Source of the DNA: Carcharhinus longimanus | Lineage: Eukaryota | Reading direction: 5' to 3' | Assembly: GCA_030264375.1 (NCBI GenBank) | Contig: JASCQW010000190.1 | Coordinates: 20,220,015 to 20,284,014, forward strand | DNA: 64,000 bases | In this document: piece by piece, positions 1 to 11,297 of the stretch | Layout: the number at the start of each line of letters is the position of its first letter | Numbering within the stretch: position 1 is the first letter of the stretch | Translations under genes and position numbers: made by a program | The notes under the pieces: model-generated | Told to the model about the DNA's origin: nothing | The model's database searches: none | Seen by the model: only the letters and a program-made list of their open reading frames with translations

Positions 1-240
1 GGGGGAGATGGTAACGGCCTGGAGACTTGAATACTGGGCCCACTAGTGATACGCGAAAGGAAAATTTAAATATTTATTCAGCTCCGTGCCGATTTCTGGT
101 GTGGAGCAGGAGATGCCGGAAATGCGGTGTTTGGAGGTGTGTGGAGGCCATGGCGCCCAGTGAGAAGCTGGTTAAACAGCCTCCACTGACATCTCCCAGC
201 CCGCTGCGGAGTTACTGCAGGCTGGGAGAATCACACCCCC
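1..240. mobile_element. Right end of a GC-rich non-autonomous TIR element (truncated by window start)
   Basis: CpG-rich segment ending GGGAGAATCACACCC, resembling the terminus GGGAGAATCGTGGCC of the element at 13163-14308. Confidence 0.5.
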
Positions 241-542
241 CTAAAAACTTTTCACTGCATCCCAAAACGTGACAAGAATCAATCAAATCAACAATAAAGG
301 ATCCATTCTGAAGTTGGATTCAGTCTCCAATGAATCTGCTGTTATATTGGTATACTTCGTGCTTCATCCTTTAGTTACATTCAACTGTAACAAAATCCAT
401 GATAACTTCAATATTAGTCACGTTTACCAGTCGCCCAATTTCCCGTGGCATTTACTCCATTGGTGTTTGTTGGCAATGGATTCTTTCCTCCGAAGGAGAC
501 CAATTGCAAGTCAGCGTGCCTGTGATTGAAGAACATAAGATG

Positions 543-932
543 TTTTGAGAGTAGCCTAGTACTTCACGCCATTTGTGTACGCTAAAAGTGAACCAGCGGA
601 TGGGCACCACGACAGCTCAGTCACTATCACTGATTGTTGTGCAGACACATGGATTTGGGCCGGTGTCTGTGGGAGTTTGCACATTCTCCCCATGCTCGTG
701 TGGGTTTTCTCCAGGTGCTCCGGTTTCTTCCCACACCCCAAAGATGTGTTCTTAGGCTGATTGGTGTCACAAATTGTCCCTAAATTAGTCTCCCCTCAAT
801 CTGGTTTCCGATGGGGGTACCATAAGCATAGACATGGGTCAAGGGTGGAGGAGGAAAAGCACTTTGTTAAAATGGCGGCGTGGGCTCGTTGGGCCGAAGG
901 CCCTGTTTCCCGTGCTGTGTTGTTCTTTGTTA
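543..932 (+). mobile_element. V-domain SINE-like element with atypical (non-tRNA) 5' region
   Basis: V-domain (GGGAGTTTGCACATTCTCCCC...GGTGCTCCGGTTTCTTCCCAC) plus LINE-type tail (TTGGGCCGAAGGCCCTGTTTCC...TTGTTCTTTGTT); collinear with the copy at 15055-15440. Confidence 0.75.
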
Positions 933-980
933 ATTCACAACATGAAGAATTCAATGCCTGATTTACTAGGTATAACCTCT

Positions 981-1225
981 TGTGATGTTAGTGTACCTTT
1001 AAGAAGTTTTGTTTTACATCATGTACGCTGCAGTTGTAAGCAAACTTTTTCAGTTTGTTTTTCTCATTATTGCCGGGTTGAAGGAATTCCATTTATACTC
1101 TTTGCAATTAGGGATGCACCTAATGAGTCAACCAAATTCAGTCCATTTGAGTTGATTTTTGGTCATGAGGTAAGAAGGCCACATATTGATTGAGGAGAAA
1201 TTGGTGAGTCAGTCACTTCAGAGGG
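981..1225 (+). mobile_element. Ty3/Gypsy integrase fragment
   Basis: Translation GIPFILFAIRDAPNESTKFSPFELIFGHEVR resembles the post-catalytic-core integrase motif (FSPFELxFG). Confidence 0.75.
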
Positions 1226-2035
1226 CACTTTGGTGGGCAGTGCCATTCCAAAAACCCACCACAGTAACCCCAAGATTGCCTGGAAATGCCCCATGTAATC
1301 TTGACATCTGACTGAGGTGGCGTCATTTAACTCTGTAACACTGCGAACAACATAACAAATACAGGACAAATTATTTCTAGATAGGCAGATAAATCAACTT
1401 TCTCCATTAATACAACTCAATTAGAATGAATGTTAAGAGCAATATTTAACAATCACTAAGGTGTAACAGAATACTTTTATTTGCACTGTTAACTATTCAT
1501 GATGATATGCAGTTCTAACATATTATTCTCCAGCAGTAGATGTTCCAAGCTCAGTTGATCATTATCTGATGATAGGTTCAGAGCCGGTTCAGATATTGTA
1601 AAGTCTGTCACATTGCCCCTTGTACTCTTTCCAACTGTAAACTGTAGCTAATCAACAAAAAAAAACGTTTGAAATGAGAAATTTAGTTGAGTCTGTGTTA
1701 ACTGTTCATTAATGTTTTCGTTAAGTAGCAGGAATAAGAGTTCCATTGTAAACTGTCAAAAAAGCACGTCATTCTGAAGATCCCATGAGTGTAGGCATTC
1801 GGGTCAGCAAAGATCAGATTTTTGTTTATAATTGCAACAGTGGGCAACTGGTGGATTATGTTACAGAGGACTTTGCTGTTATTGAACTTGGACACTGGAT
1901 ATTCTGTGGACATGGTAGGACAGAATGTGATGGTAAGAATTAAGGAGAATAATATTATGCAACATAATTATCCTAGGGTTAGGCCTTACAGGCAGAGGCA
2001 CATATACCTTGACCACACTGTACTTTTATAAACCT

Positions 2036-2310
2036 CAGTATCACAAGTAGGCTTACATTAACGCTGCAATGAAGTTACTGCGAAAATCCTCTAGTCGCCA
2101 CGCTCCAGCACCTGTTCGTGTACACTGACTGAGAATTTTTTTAGCATGGCCAATGTACCTAACCAGCATGTCTTTCAAACTGTAGGAAGAAACCAGAGCA
2201 CCCAGAGGAAACGCAGAGAATGTGTAGATTGCGCACAGACAGTGATCCACGCCCAGAATCTAATCCAGGTTCCTGATACTGTGAGGGAGCAGTGCTAACC
2301 ACTGTGCCAT
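2036..2310 (-). mobile_element. tRNA-derived V-SINE (tail type B, ...CACAGTAACTTCATTGCAGTGTTAATGTAAGCC)
   Basis: Reverse complement has tRNA-like head GGCACAGTGGTTAGCACTGC, V-domain and family tail. Confidence 0.9.
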
Positions 2311-2699
2311 CATATGTGTCCTAGCACCAAGTCATGAGAAAGTGCCTCATGAGCAACTAATACAACTAAGATGATGTGAGTAGAAGTGGTAGAGTGGGAG
2401 CATGAAAATGTGTTAGCCATATGATTTCTATATCTACTATTACATTGTTTTCCCATGTATTAATCATTTTAGTCCCTAAGCATCAAAGATGCTTTTTAAG
2501 TGCAAAGTGGTGCTGGTAGGCATTTTATTTTGAACCATGTGGTATTTTGAAGCATTAGTCTTCAGTAAAACACTAGCATTTGGCATAGTTAGAATTTCAT
2601 TATGCAGAAGTTCAATTATTTAATTCAATCCTGAATTACAGAAGACTTTGCTTACTTCTAACTGGGGGATGGTATATACCACTGATTTTCTTGATTTAT

Positions 2700-3720
2700 A
2701 TTAATAAAGTAGACATGGACATACTGAGTACAATTTCAAAATTTGAAGATGACGCAAGACTTGGAAGTATTGTGAACTGTGAGAAGGATAGTTTCATAGA
2801 GTCATAGAGGTTTACAGCATGGAAACAGGCCCTTCGACCCAACTTGTCCATGCCGCCCAGTTTTTACCACTAAACTAATCCCAATTGCCTGCATTTGGCC
2901 CACAACCTTCTATATCCATCTTACCTATGCAGCTGTCTAAACGCTTTTCAGATATCAAGAGGGTATAGACAGGCTGGTGCAATGGACAGACACACAGCAA
3001 ATGGAGTTTAATGTAGAGAAGTGTAAAATGGTGGATTTTGGTCAGAAAAATGAGGAGATGTGACAGAAAATAAAGAGTACAATTCTAAAGGGACTGCAGG
3101 AGCAGAGAGACCTGGGTGTATATGTGCATAAGTTAATGAAGGTGAGAGAAAGGTTGAAGGTTGAGAAAACAATTGATAAGTTATATTGAATCCTACATTT
3201 TCTCTATAGAGGCACAGGGTACAAAAGCAAATATGTTATGAACTTTCATAAAACACCAGTTCAGCCTCAGCAGAAAGGATGTGAATGTTTTAAGAAGGCT
3301 GCAGAAAAGATTTACAAGAATAGTTCCAAAGATGAGAGACTTCAGTTATGTGGATAGATTGGCAAAGCTGGGGTTATTCTCTCTGGAGAAAAGAACGTTG
3401 AGAGGAGATTGGTGCGTTCTGCTCAAAACCATGAGAGGTCAGAACAGCATAAATGGGGAGGAACTATTCCCATTGGCAGAAGGCTGAGAATGCTCAGACG
3501 ACTAACAAAAGAACCAGAGGCACCATAAGGAAAAAAACTGTTTCTGCAGCAATTTGGAATGCACTGCCGGAGTGTGAGGTGGAGACAGGTTCAATTGCAG
3601 TTTTCAAAAAGGAACTGGATAACTATCTGATAGAAAAAGGTGGAGGAGTGGGAATAGCGGCTGTGGCAGAGAACTGACACTCTGCAGTACTGAATGGCCT
3701 TTTTCTGTTCTGTAACCATT
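2700..3720 (+). mobile_element. CR1-clade (HER1-like) LINE 3' fragment, degenerate RT C-terminus
   Basis: ISKFEDDA(R)LG, RRLQKRFTRIVPKMRDFSYVDRLAKLGLFSLEKRTLRGD, WNALP motifs; interrupted at 2795-2950. Confidence 0.9.
2795..2950 (-). mobile_element. 5'-truncated LINE 3' tail inserted in the CR1 fragment
   Basis: CATAGAGTCATAGAG short tandem tail followed by ACAGCATGGAAACAGGCCCTTCG. Confidence 0.8.
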
Positions 3721-3874
3721 TAGTATAGAAAGTTGCTGATGGTTACCCTACGTGTGGTCAAGAAGAGTGGGAGGAGGCTTGTGTGAAACATAAATAACAA
3801 CATAGGTGGGATGGGCCAAATGACCTGATTATGTGCATAAATTTGTTTCAAATTTGCCAGCAAGGAATACAAAC

Positions 3875-4508
3875 NNNNNNNNNNNNNNNNNNNNNNNNNN
3901 NNNNNNNNNNNNNNNNNNNNNNNNNNNNNNNNNNNNNNNNNNNNNNNNNNNNNNNNNNNNNNNNNNNNNNNNNNNNNNNNNNNNNNNNNNNNNNNNNNNN
4001 NNNNNNNNNNNNNNNNNNNNNNNNNNNNNNNNNNNNNNNNNNNNNNNNNNNNNNNNNNNNNNNNNNNNNNNNNNNNNNNNNNNNNNNNNNNNNNNNNNNN
4101 NNNNNNNNNNNNNNNNNNNNNNNNNNNNNNNNNNNNNNNNNNNNNNNNNNNNNNNNNNNNNNNNNNNNNNNNNNNNNNNNNNNNNNNNNNNNNNNNNNNN
4201 NNNNNNNNNNNNNNNNNNNNNNNNNNNNNNNNNNNNNNNNNNNNNNNNNNNNNNNNNNNNNNNNNNNNNNNNNNNNNNNNNNNNNNNNNNNNNNNNNNNN
4301 NNNNNNNNNNNNNNNNNNNNNNNNNNNNNNNNNNNNNNNNNNNNNNNNNNNNNNNNNNNNNNNNNNNNNNNNNNNNNNNNNNNNNNNNNNNNNNNNNNNN
4401 NNNNNNNNNNNNNNNNNNNNNNNNNNNNNNNNNNNNNNNNNNNNNNNNNNNNNNNNNNNNNNNNNNNNNNNNNNNNNNNNNNNNNNNNNNNNNNNNNNNN
4501 NNNNNNNN
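3875..4508. other. Assembly gap (largest of several N runs after 19273-20032)
   Basis: Run of N; abuts a minisatellite. Confidence 1.
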
Positions 4509-4735
4509 CCCCATTCCCTCACACTCTCTCCCCATTCCCTCACACTCTCTCCCCATTCCCTCACACTCTCTCCCCATCCCTTCACACTCTCTCCATCCCT
4601 TCACACTCTCTCTCCATCCCTTCACACTCTCTCTCCATCCCTTCACACTCTCTCTCCATCCCTTCACACTCTCTCTCCCCCAACCCCTCACACATTCTTT
4701 CGTCTCCATCCCTCACTCTCACTCTCACTCTCCTT
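4509..4735. repeat. Pyrimidine-rich minisatellite, ~21-bp unit (CTCTCTCCCCATTCCCTCACA / CTCTCTCTCCATCCCTTCACA)
   Basis: Direct tandem repeats visible. Confidence 0.95.
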
Positions 4736-7041
4736 CCCTCAGGCAATCTGCAGCAAATGCAGGATGGAACCAGCTGTGATTGCATCTGATCAGCTTGGCA
4801 GCATTTTTAAATACCAATCACGGGAGGGTCTGCCAGGTTGCACTGAGTTCCCAAGGCAGCTTGGACTGGGAGGTATTGGAGTGATATCCTTAGCGCTCTG
4901 ACAACACTGCACCATTGCTGAGGAACTTTTCCATCTTCAATCAGTGCCGAGTTATATAACAAAACAAAATGTTTTAAACCACTGGGTCCTTCTACCTGGC
5001 ACTGAGGACATATCAGGGGTGTTCACTTCTGCATTGGGGACACGTCTGAAGGAGACACGCTCATAGAAACAGTACCATAACAGCTGGAGTTTGCAGGGTG
5101 TTCGATGGATCTATGAATTAAGACCAAAGTTACAACTGACTGTTGCTAATTGCTTTCTTATTTATCTAGGCAACTCCCTAATTCTCTTTCAAACATGCAT
5201 CTTAAACCTGATGTGCCGGTAGCCTGCCTTGTTTCACTTTCTCGGGTTTTTTTGTGAAGGAGGCAACTCAATTATCGGGAGCAATATTTGCTTTTCCACT
5301 CGCCATAAAGGTTTCAGTGTAGCTCTCGAGCCTAGCAGTAGCGCCTGCTCCTGTGGTGAAAGGAATTTCTTCCCCTAGAGCTACCACAAACTCATTTTAC
5401 ATGAGATTCCACCTTTGTTCTTAATGACCCTCTCTAAGTCCTTTAAATGAATAAAATTATTGAATCATAACACCTCCGGGGCAGGAGACAGCAGGCATCC
5501 CAGTTCGGTCATCAGTCCGCCAAGCACTGTGTTAGTTTTGGCTACATAAGACCCGGAGACTCTCTTCCCTGGACAGAAGCCAAATGAAATAATAATACCA
5601 AATCAAATTGTTTCATTGGTGATAGGAAGTCTGCGCAAAAGTGTTTTTACAAGAATAAAATATGTTTGCGTGCCTAATAGCCCAGCCTTTCTTGCTGCTA
5701 AGGGGTTCTGTTTACCTTTATAATAAAAGTGCACACTTTGTCATGGTCAATGACTCTCGTAAATTACTATGTAGGTGCCAACCACTTTTCTAGGTTACTA
5801 GAGGCTTCTGCAAGGCTTTGATGAACTATGGGGAACACATGTATCTCTGGGTTACGGTCTGCTGTCTACAGATGGCGCAACCCAATCTGATTTATGAGGT
5901 TCAACCTTGCAAGTTCTCTTACCTACAACGTTCACTCCTTCAGGGATCCCTCCTGAAATGCTTTCAGCACAGACCTGAGTTCCAGCTGATTTCAAGTTAT
6001 TTTAGAGGCTCACTTTCGTGTGGTGTTTGACAACATTTTAAAAATATTTCTATTTAAGTCCTTTACCGAACAGCGTTTGTTTCATGTGTTCTTTGCTCAG
6101 AGAATGTCACACAGCTGTAATGTTTTATTGATTGCAATAAAATGAAAATAGCGCAGTGCAAAACCTAAATAGAGGTTAATGCCATCCTGGAGGCATTTTG
6201 CCCAAACCTAAACATGTGTCTATGCTCGGGAAAGTTAACCCTTTTTGGACTGAATTAGGCTGACATCTGTGGAATACAGACGATCTCTTCCATCACTTTG
6301 GGTACAATTATACTGTCACCTCAGCAATAATGTAAAGTGGGTTTGAGTGCACATTAGTAAAAGATTGCAGTATAAATCCTTATATTTCCAAAAAAAAGGC
6401 AATGTCAAATGTTTTTTCTGCCCCACTTATTCAAATCGCCCCCCTCCCCCAAGTTATCACACATTGGTTTCGTACCGAAACGGCATCTAACATCAGCATT
6501 AACGGTTTTTGGAATTGAACCCTGCAAAGTTAATGCAGCACACTATTTAAAGCAAAGTAGCCTGGTGGTTTCTCTTAACTTGTAAATGGTTTATTTTTCA
6601 GTGCATTTCGCCCACAAACAGCCAAGCCTATGCAAAAGATCCAGGAATCCCAGGTACAAATTCTGTCCAGCGTGAATCGAGTTTCCACAATCATTTGTAT
6701 CACCTTTTTCTTTAAAAGCACCTCAGTGGAAGCAGGCCCCACTCCCAGAATTGGCCATATCACCAGCCTGAATTAATCACCCCCGGCTAGTTTCCATTAA
6801 TTGCACCTGTATTTGGGTCTTCAAGGAAGCTCTTAAACTGAATCGTTTTGTTTCGGCACGCAGCTAAGCTTCGGGATATTTTAAAAAAGTTTAATTTACT
6901 ACGAAACTCAGCATCAGTAAAACAAGGACATGGCTTTGCAAAATTTTTTCCAAGTCTTTTTCAATTATTTGAAACTCACAGCTGGTGGAAGTACAGGCTC
7001 TTGCAAGATAATTATTTTTTGTAATCATCCCACTTTCAGCT

Positions 7042-7430
7042 TTCTTTTATTCATTTGTGGGACATGGGTGTCACTGGTTGGCCAGCATTTACTGCCCATC
7101 CCTAGCTGCCCTTGATTTGAATGGCTTGCTCAGCCATTTCAAGGGCAGTTGAGAGTCAACCAAGTTGCTGTGGCTCTGGAGTTACATGTAGACCAGACCA
7201 GGTAAGGGTGGTAGATTCCCTTCCCTAAAGGGCATTAGTGAACCAGATGGGTTTTTCTGACAATTGACACAATGGTTTCATGGTCATCATTAGATTCTTA
7301 ATTCCAGATATTTTTTATAGAATTCAAATCCACCATCTGCTGTGTTGGGATTCGAACCCGGTTCTCCAGAACATTAGTTGAGTTTCTGGATTAGTAATCT
7401 AGCAATAATACCACTGGACCATCGCCTCCC
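7042..7430 (-). mobile_element. tRNA-derived SINE, MetaSINE-like central domain
   Basis: Minus strand: GGGGAGGCGATGG..TAGTGG head, GGTTCGAATCC B box, CTGGTTCACTAATGCCCTTTAGGGAAGG core; several copies in window. Confidence 0.85.
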
Positions 7431-7749
7431 CAAAATAGTGCCATTTCAATAAAATTAATTTTACTATTACTTTTAAATCTATCGAATATTTTTCACAGCG
7501 AGAAAAGACTACTCAATTACATAATAAAGCATTGATTTCACAGGCAACTGACAGGTCCTGGAAATGTCTTTCATTTGGCAATAAGCAAATGAACTTGATC
7601 AAAAGTTTGCATGGAAGGTTCAGTTTGGGAAAATTAGTGCAATCGTGGGCAGAATTTTATGCTCCCTGAGAGCGAGCTGGGAAGTAGAGGACTGTGCACT
7701 GGGATGGGAAGGTGAGGGCTGGAGGATCTAACTCTCCCCGACTAAGAGA

Positions 7750-7877
7750 CTTTTGTATATGTACATGGAACTTGGTAAGATAGAGGGTTATAGGTATGCC
7801 TAGTAGGTAGGGACATGTTTGGCGCAGCTTGTGGGCCAAAGGGCCTGTTTGTGCTAGTTTTTCTATGTTTCTATGTT
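7750..7877 (+). mobile_element. LINE 3' tail fragment
   Basis: GGGCCAAAGGGCCTGTTT followed by TTTCTATGTTTCTATGTTT tail. Confidence 0.7.
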
Positions 7878-7889
7878 TTAATTATGTGA

Positions 7890-8400
7890 ATGGTAGGAAA
7901 GATCAAGTAATGGACTTCTCCGCTGACAAGTAATCAAAGCCTTAAAGTGGCTACTTAAGGGCCTCTTCCTAACGTGCCAGTTTTCAACCAGTGGAGGCCA
8001 CGCCATGTGTAAGCCCTGGTAGACATGCAGCCTGGTCAGGAGGGCAATTTTTCTCAGGCATTTTGGCATTGGAAGAGGAGGGCCCTGTGGGTGAGCAACC
8101 ACTCCTGCATTTGACACCAACCCGCCTCCCTCGTCAGGTTCTCTGTGACTGCCCCTGCAACCCGGCCATGATTAGTTGTGTTCCAGGGCTCCTCCTACTG
8201 CAGTAGTGGCAGTGGCCACACAATGATGGCCACCAGATGGGAGCTTCATCTGATATTCCCTCCTGCAGAACCCAGGAACCCCACCTGCAGCAAGCAGACT
8301 ACCTGATAGGAATTAAAACCCTTGGGGGCTCCCAGAAATGGTTGCAGCACAGTCATCACCGACTTTACAGCTGATCGATGAGCCCACATCCACAAGTATT
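7890..8400. mobile_element. Degenerate GC-rich interspersed repeat (probable non-autonomous DNA element)
   Basis: GC-rich island resembling 45660-46060; no coding motif. Confidence 0.4.
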
Positions 8401-8547
8401 TACTTCTGCTCTACGACTGCAATGTTCAGCCAGTTTGCACCCAACTTGGGAACAACCCCAGCCCCTTTAATTAAAATAACATGAACAAATGAATTAGAAA
8501 TGAACATCTGAAATAGGACCAGAAATATGCCATTGGACCACTTAAGT

Positions 8548-8897
8548 ACAGAAGCATAGAAAATAGGTGCAGGAATAGGCCATTCGGCCCTTTGAACCTG
8601 TACACCATTCANNNNNNNNNNNNNNNNNNNNNNNNNNNNNNNNNNNNNNNNNNNNNNNNNNNNNNNNNNNNNNNNNNNNNNNNNNNNNNNNNNNNNNNNN
8701 NNNNNNNNNNNGATCATGCAATTTCCGTATGCCACTCCCACTTTCTTTCCATACCCCTTGATCCCTTTAGCCACAAGGGCTACATCCAGCTTCCTCTTGA
8801 ACATATCTTACGAACTGGCCCCAAAAGCTTTCTATAGTAGAGAATTTCACAGGTTCACAACTCTCTTGAGTGAAAAAATTCTTCCTCATCTCTGTCC
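8548..8897 (-). mobile_element. CR1 LINE 3' end (contains 100-N gap), nested in an older CR1
   Basis: FKRKLDVALVAKGIKGYG on minus strand; AGGAATAGGCCATTCGGCCC tail. Confidence 0.85.
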
Positions 8898-8899
8898 AA

Positions 8900-9785
8900 T
8901 GCATTGCCATTCAATAAGGTCATGGCCGATCTAATTGTGTTTCGAATTCCACATCTCCATGTATTCCCGATACTCTTTGATTCTTTTGCCTAACAAGAAT
9001 CTATCTATCTCCACCTTAAAAATATTCGGTGACCCTGCCACTTTACTTTCTGTGACAGAGAGTCCCAAAGTCGCCCAACCCTCTGAGAGAAAAAAAATCT
9101 CCTCATACCTATCCTAAATTTCAAAACAGTGCCCCTAATTCTGGACTCACCTGCAAGAGGAAACACCCTTTCCATATCCACTTTGTCAATACCTTTCAGG
9201 ATCTTTTTTATTTCAATCAAGTCATCCCTCACTCTTCTAAACTCCAGTGGAAACAAGTCCAGTTTGTATAACATTTCCTCATAAGGTAATATATTCATTC
9301 CAGCTATCAATCTGGTAAATGGACAATATGGTGATACAGTGGTTAGCATTGCTGCCACACAGCACCAGGGACCCAGGTTCAATTCTGGCCTTGGGTGACT
9401 TCAGTATGGAGTTTGCATGTCCTCCTCCTGTTTGCATGGGTTTGCTCTGAGTGCTCCAGTTTCCTCTTGCAGTCCAAAGATATGCAGGTTAGCTTGATTG
9501 GCCATGCTAAATTGGACTTTAGTGTGTCAAGGTATGTAGGTTAGGGGGATTAACAGGGTAAATGTGTGGGCTTATAGGTATAGGACCTGGGTGAGATGCT
9601 CTGTCAGGAGGTTAGTGCAGGTTGGATGGACCGAATGGCCTCAATCAGCACTGTAGGGATTCTAAACCTCCTCTGTCCTGTCTCTGAAGCATTTACACCC
9701 TTCCTTAAATAATGAGACCAAAACTACATTCAAGATGTGGCCTTATTAATGCTCTGTCCAATTAAGGCATAACATCCTTAGTTTT
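8900..9785 (-). mobile_element. CR1 LINE fragment split by a SINE
   Basis: FTRLIAGMNILPYEEMLYKLDLFPLEFRRVRDDLIEIKKILKGIDKVD...FFSQRVGRLWDSL. Confidence 0.9.
9321..9663 (+). mobile_element. HE1-type V-SINE (tail type A, ...GCACTGTAGGGATTCT)
   Basis: tRNA-like head, V-domain, HER1-like tail; inserted in CR1. Confidence 0.9.
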
Positions 9786-9786
9786 A

Positions 9787-9875
9787 TCATAGAACCATAG
9801 AATCCCTACAGTACAGAAGGAGCCATTCAGCCTTTTAGGTCTGCATCGACTCTCTGAAAGAGCATCTACAGAATC
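9787..9875 (-). mobile_element. HE1/HER1 3' tail fragment
   Basis: CATAGAACCATAGAATCCCTACAGT. Confidence 0.75.
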
Positions 9876-9879
9876 TGAC

Positions 9880-10380
9880 ACATGCAGGGTAAGTAGTGCT
9901 TAATGGGATGGGTAGACCAGGTGTTTGGAGGTTTGTGCACTCTCTCTGGTGTCTCAACGTCATCTGTGTGTTCCTGAATGAACCTTCTCCATTTCGATCA
10001 GCACAAGCCAGGCCTCCCATGAGTCAGCAGAACTGTTTAACTTTTTGGGGATTGCTTTGGGGACCTCCCTAAAACATTCCCGATCTCATTCGGGGCATCT
10101 CCTAATGGACCAAGTTTCAAGTAGAATAGTTGTGTCAGGAGTCTAGTGTCACATATAAGCAACATGTTCTGCCCAGAGGAATTTGTTTTGTACAGTTTGC
10201 ACCTCAGTGCTGGGCATGTTGGCTTGGCAGAGACCGTTGCTCCTGAATCGCGTTTCTTGCCCCCGGAGCTTGCAAAGGCACCACTGGTGGTTCCTCTTCA
10301 GTGCTTTGAGGTTGTAGGTTGTCCAAGTCTCCAAAGCATATAGGGATTTGGATCATACATCAGAAACCTTCAAGGTGCTG
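9880..10380 (-). mobile_element. RTE-clade LINE fragment (post-RT region)
   Basis: ETWTTY..LKALKRNHQWCLCK...LCQANMPSTE...LWAEHVAYM resembles RTE consensus ETWTxY...HQRCLRKIL...RWAGHVxRM. Confidence 0.75.
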
Positions 10381-10522
10381 CATCAAAGTTCAGCTGGCCC
10401 CAGAGATAAATGAGGATTAATGCAAAAGTTGTCTCATAATGTAGGACTGTGCCAAGCTCGCAAAAGCTATTGTAGTCTGTCTAGACTGAGTGTAAAAAGG
10501 TATTTATTCTCCAATTATAACC

Positions 10523-11002
10523 ATGGAAAATGTAAATACATTAGAAGCAGTTCAGAGAAGGTTTAATAGACTAATACCGGGAATGGGTGGCTTGTCTTAT
10601 GAGGAAAGGTTGGAGAGGTTAGGTTTGTATCTACTAGAGTTTAGAAGAGTAAGAGGTGATTTGATCAAAACCTTTAAGACAGGGTGGATATGGAGAGGAT
10701 TCTCTTGTAGGAGAATCTAGAGTTAAGTGTTGCTTTTTAAAATAAGGGGTCATTCATTTAAGACAGAGGTGAAGAGAATTTTTTTCTCTTTAGAGGTTCC
10801 CAAGTCTCTGAAACTCTTCCTCAAAAGGCAGTGGAAACATTGAATATTTTTATGGCAGTGCTAGATAGGTTCTTGATTAACAAGAGGATGGAAGGTTATT
10901 GGGGTCGGCAAGAATGGAGTTGAATTTACAGGCAGATCAACCAAGACTCATTGAATGGCCAAGCAGGCTTGAGGGGATGAATGGCCTACTCCTTCTCCCA
11001 GT
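10523..11002 (+). mobile_element. CR1 LINE 3' fragment
   Basis: LEAVQRRFNRLIPGMGGLSYEERLERLGLYLLEFRRVRGDLI; tail GAATGGCCTACTCCT. Confidence 0.92.
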
Positions 11003-11004
11003 TT

Positions 11005-11297
11005 TTTTAAAGTTTATTTATTAGTATCACAGGTAGGTTTTCATTAACACTGCAAAGGAATTACTGTGAAAATCCCCTAGTTGCCACACTCCGGCGCCTG
11101 TTCAGGTACACTGAGGGAGAATTTACCACGGCCAATGCACCTAACCAGCGTGTCTTTTGGACTGTGGGAGGAAACCCACGCAGACACGGGGGGGATGTGC
11201 AGACTCTGCACAGATGATGACCCAAGCCAGGAATTGAACCCACATCCCTGGCATTGTGAGGCAGCAATGCTAACCACTATTCTACTGTGCTGCCCAT
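11005..11297 (-). mobile_element. V-SINE (tail type B)
   Basis: Full head, V-domain and tail on minus strand. Confidence 0.92.

Noticed and set aside
1480-1850. Possible Gypsy protease-region remnant (LTVYNGTLIP on the minus strand)
   Set aside because: Single short motif without a catalytic D(T/S)G; too decayed to call.
4509-4735. CRISPR-like appearance of tandem repeats (also 54940-55166)
   Set aside because: No unique spacers or cas genes, and the context is vertebrate; these are ordinary minisatellites.
3720-4901. Long ORFs (245-356 aa) in the ORF track, and similar ones at 19044-20095, 30535-31052, 32446-32862 and 36449-36997
   Set aside because: They are open only because they run through N gaps and minisatellite sequence.
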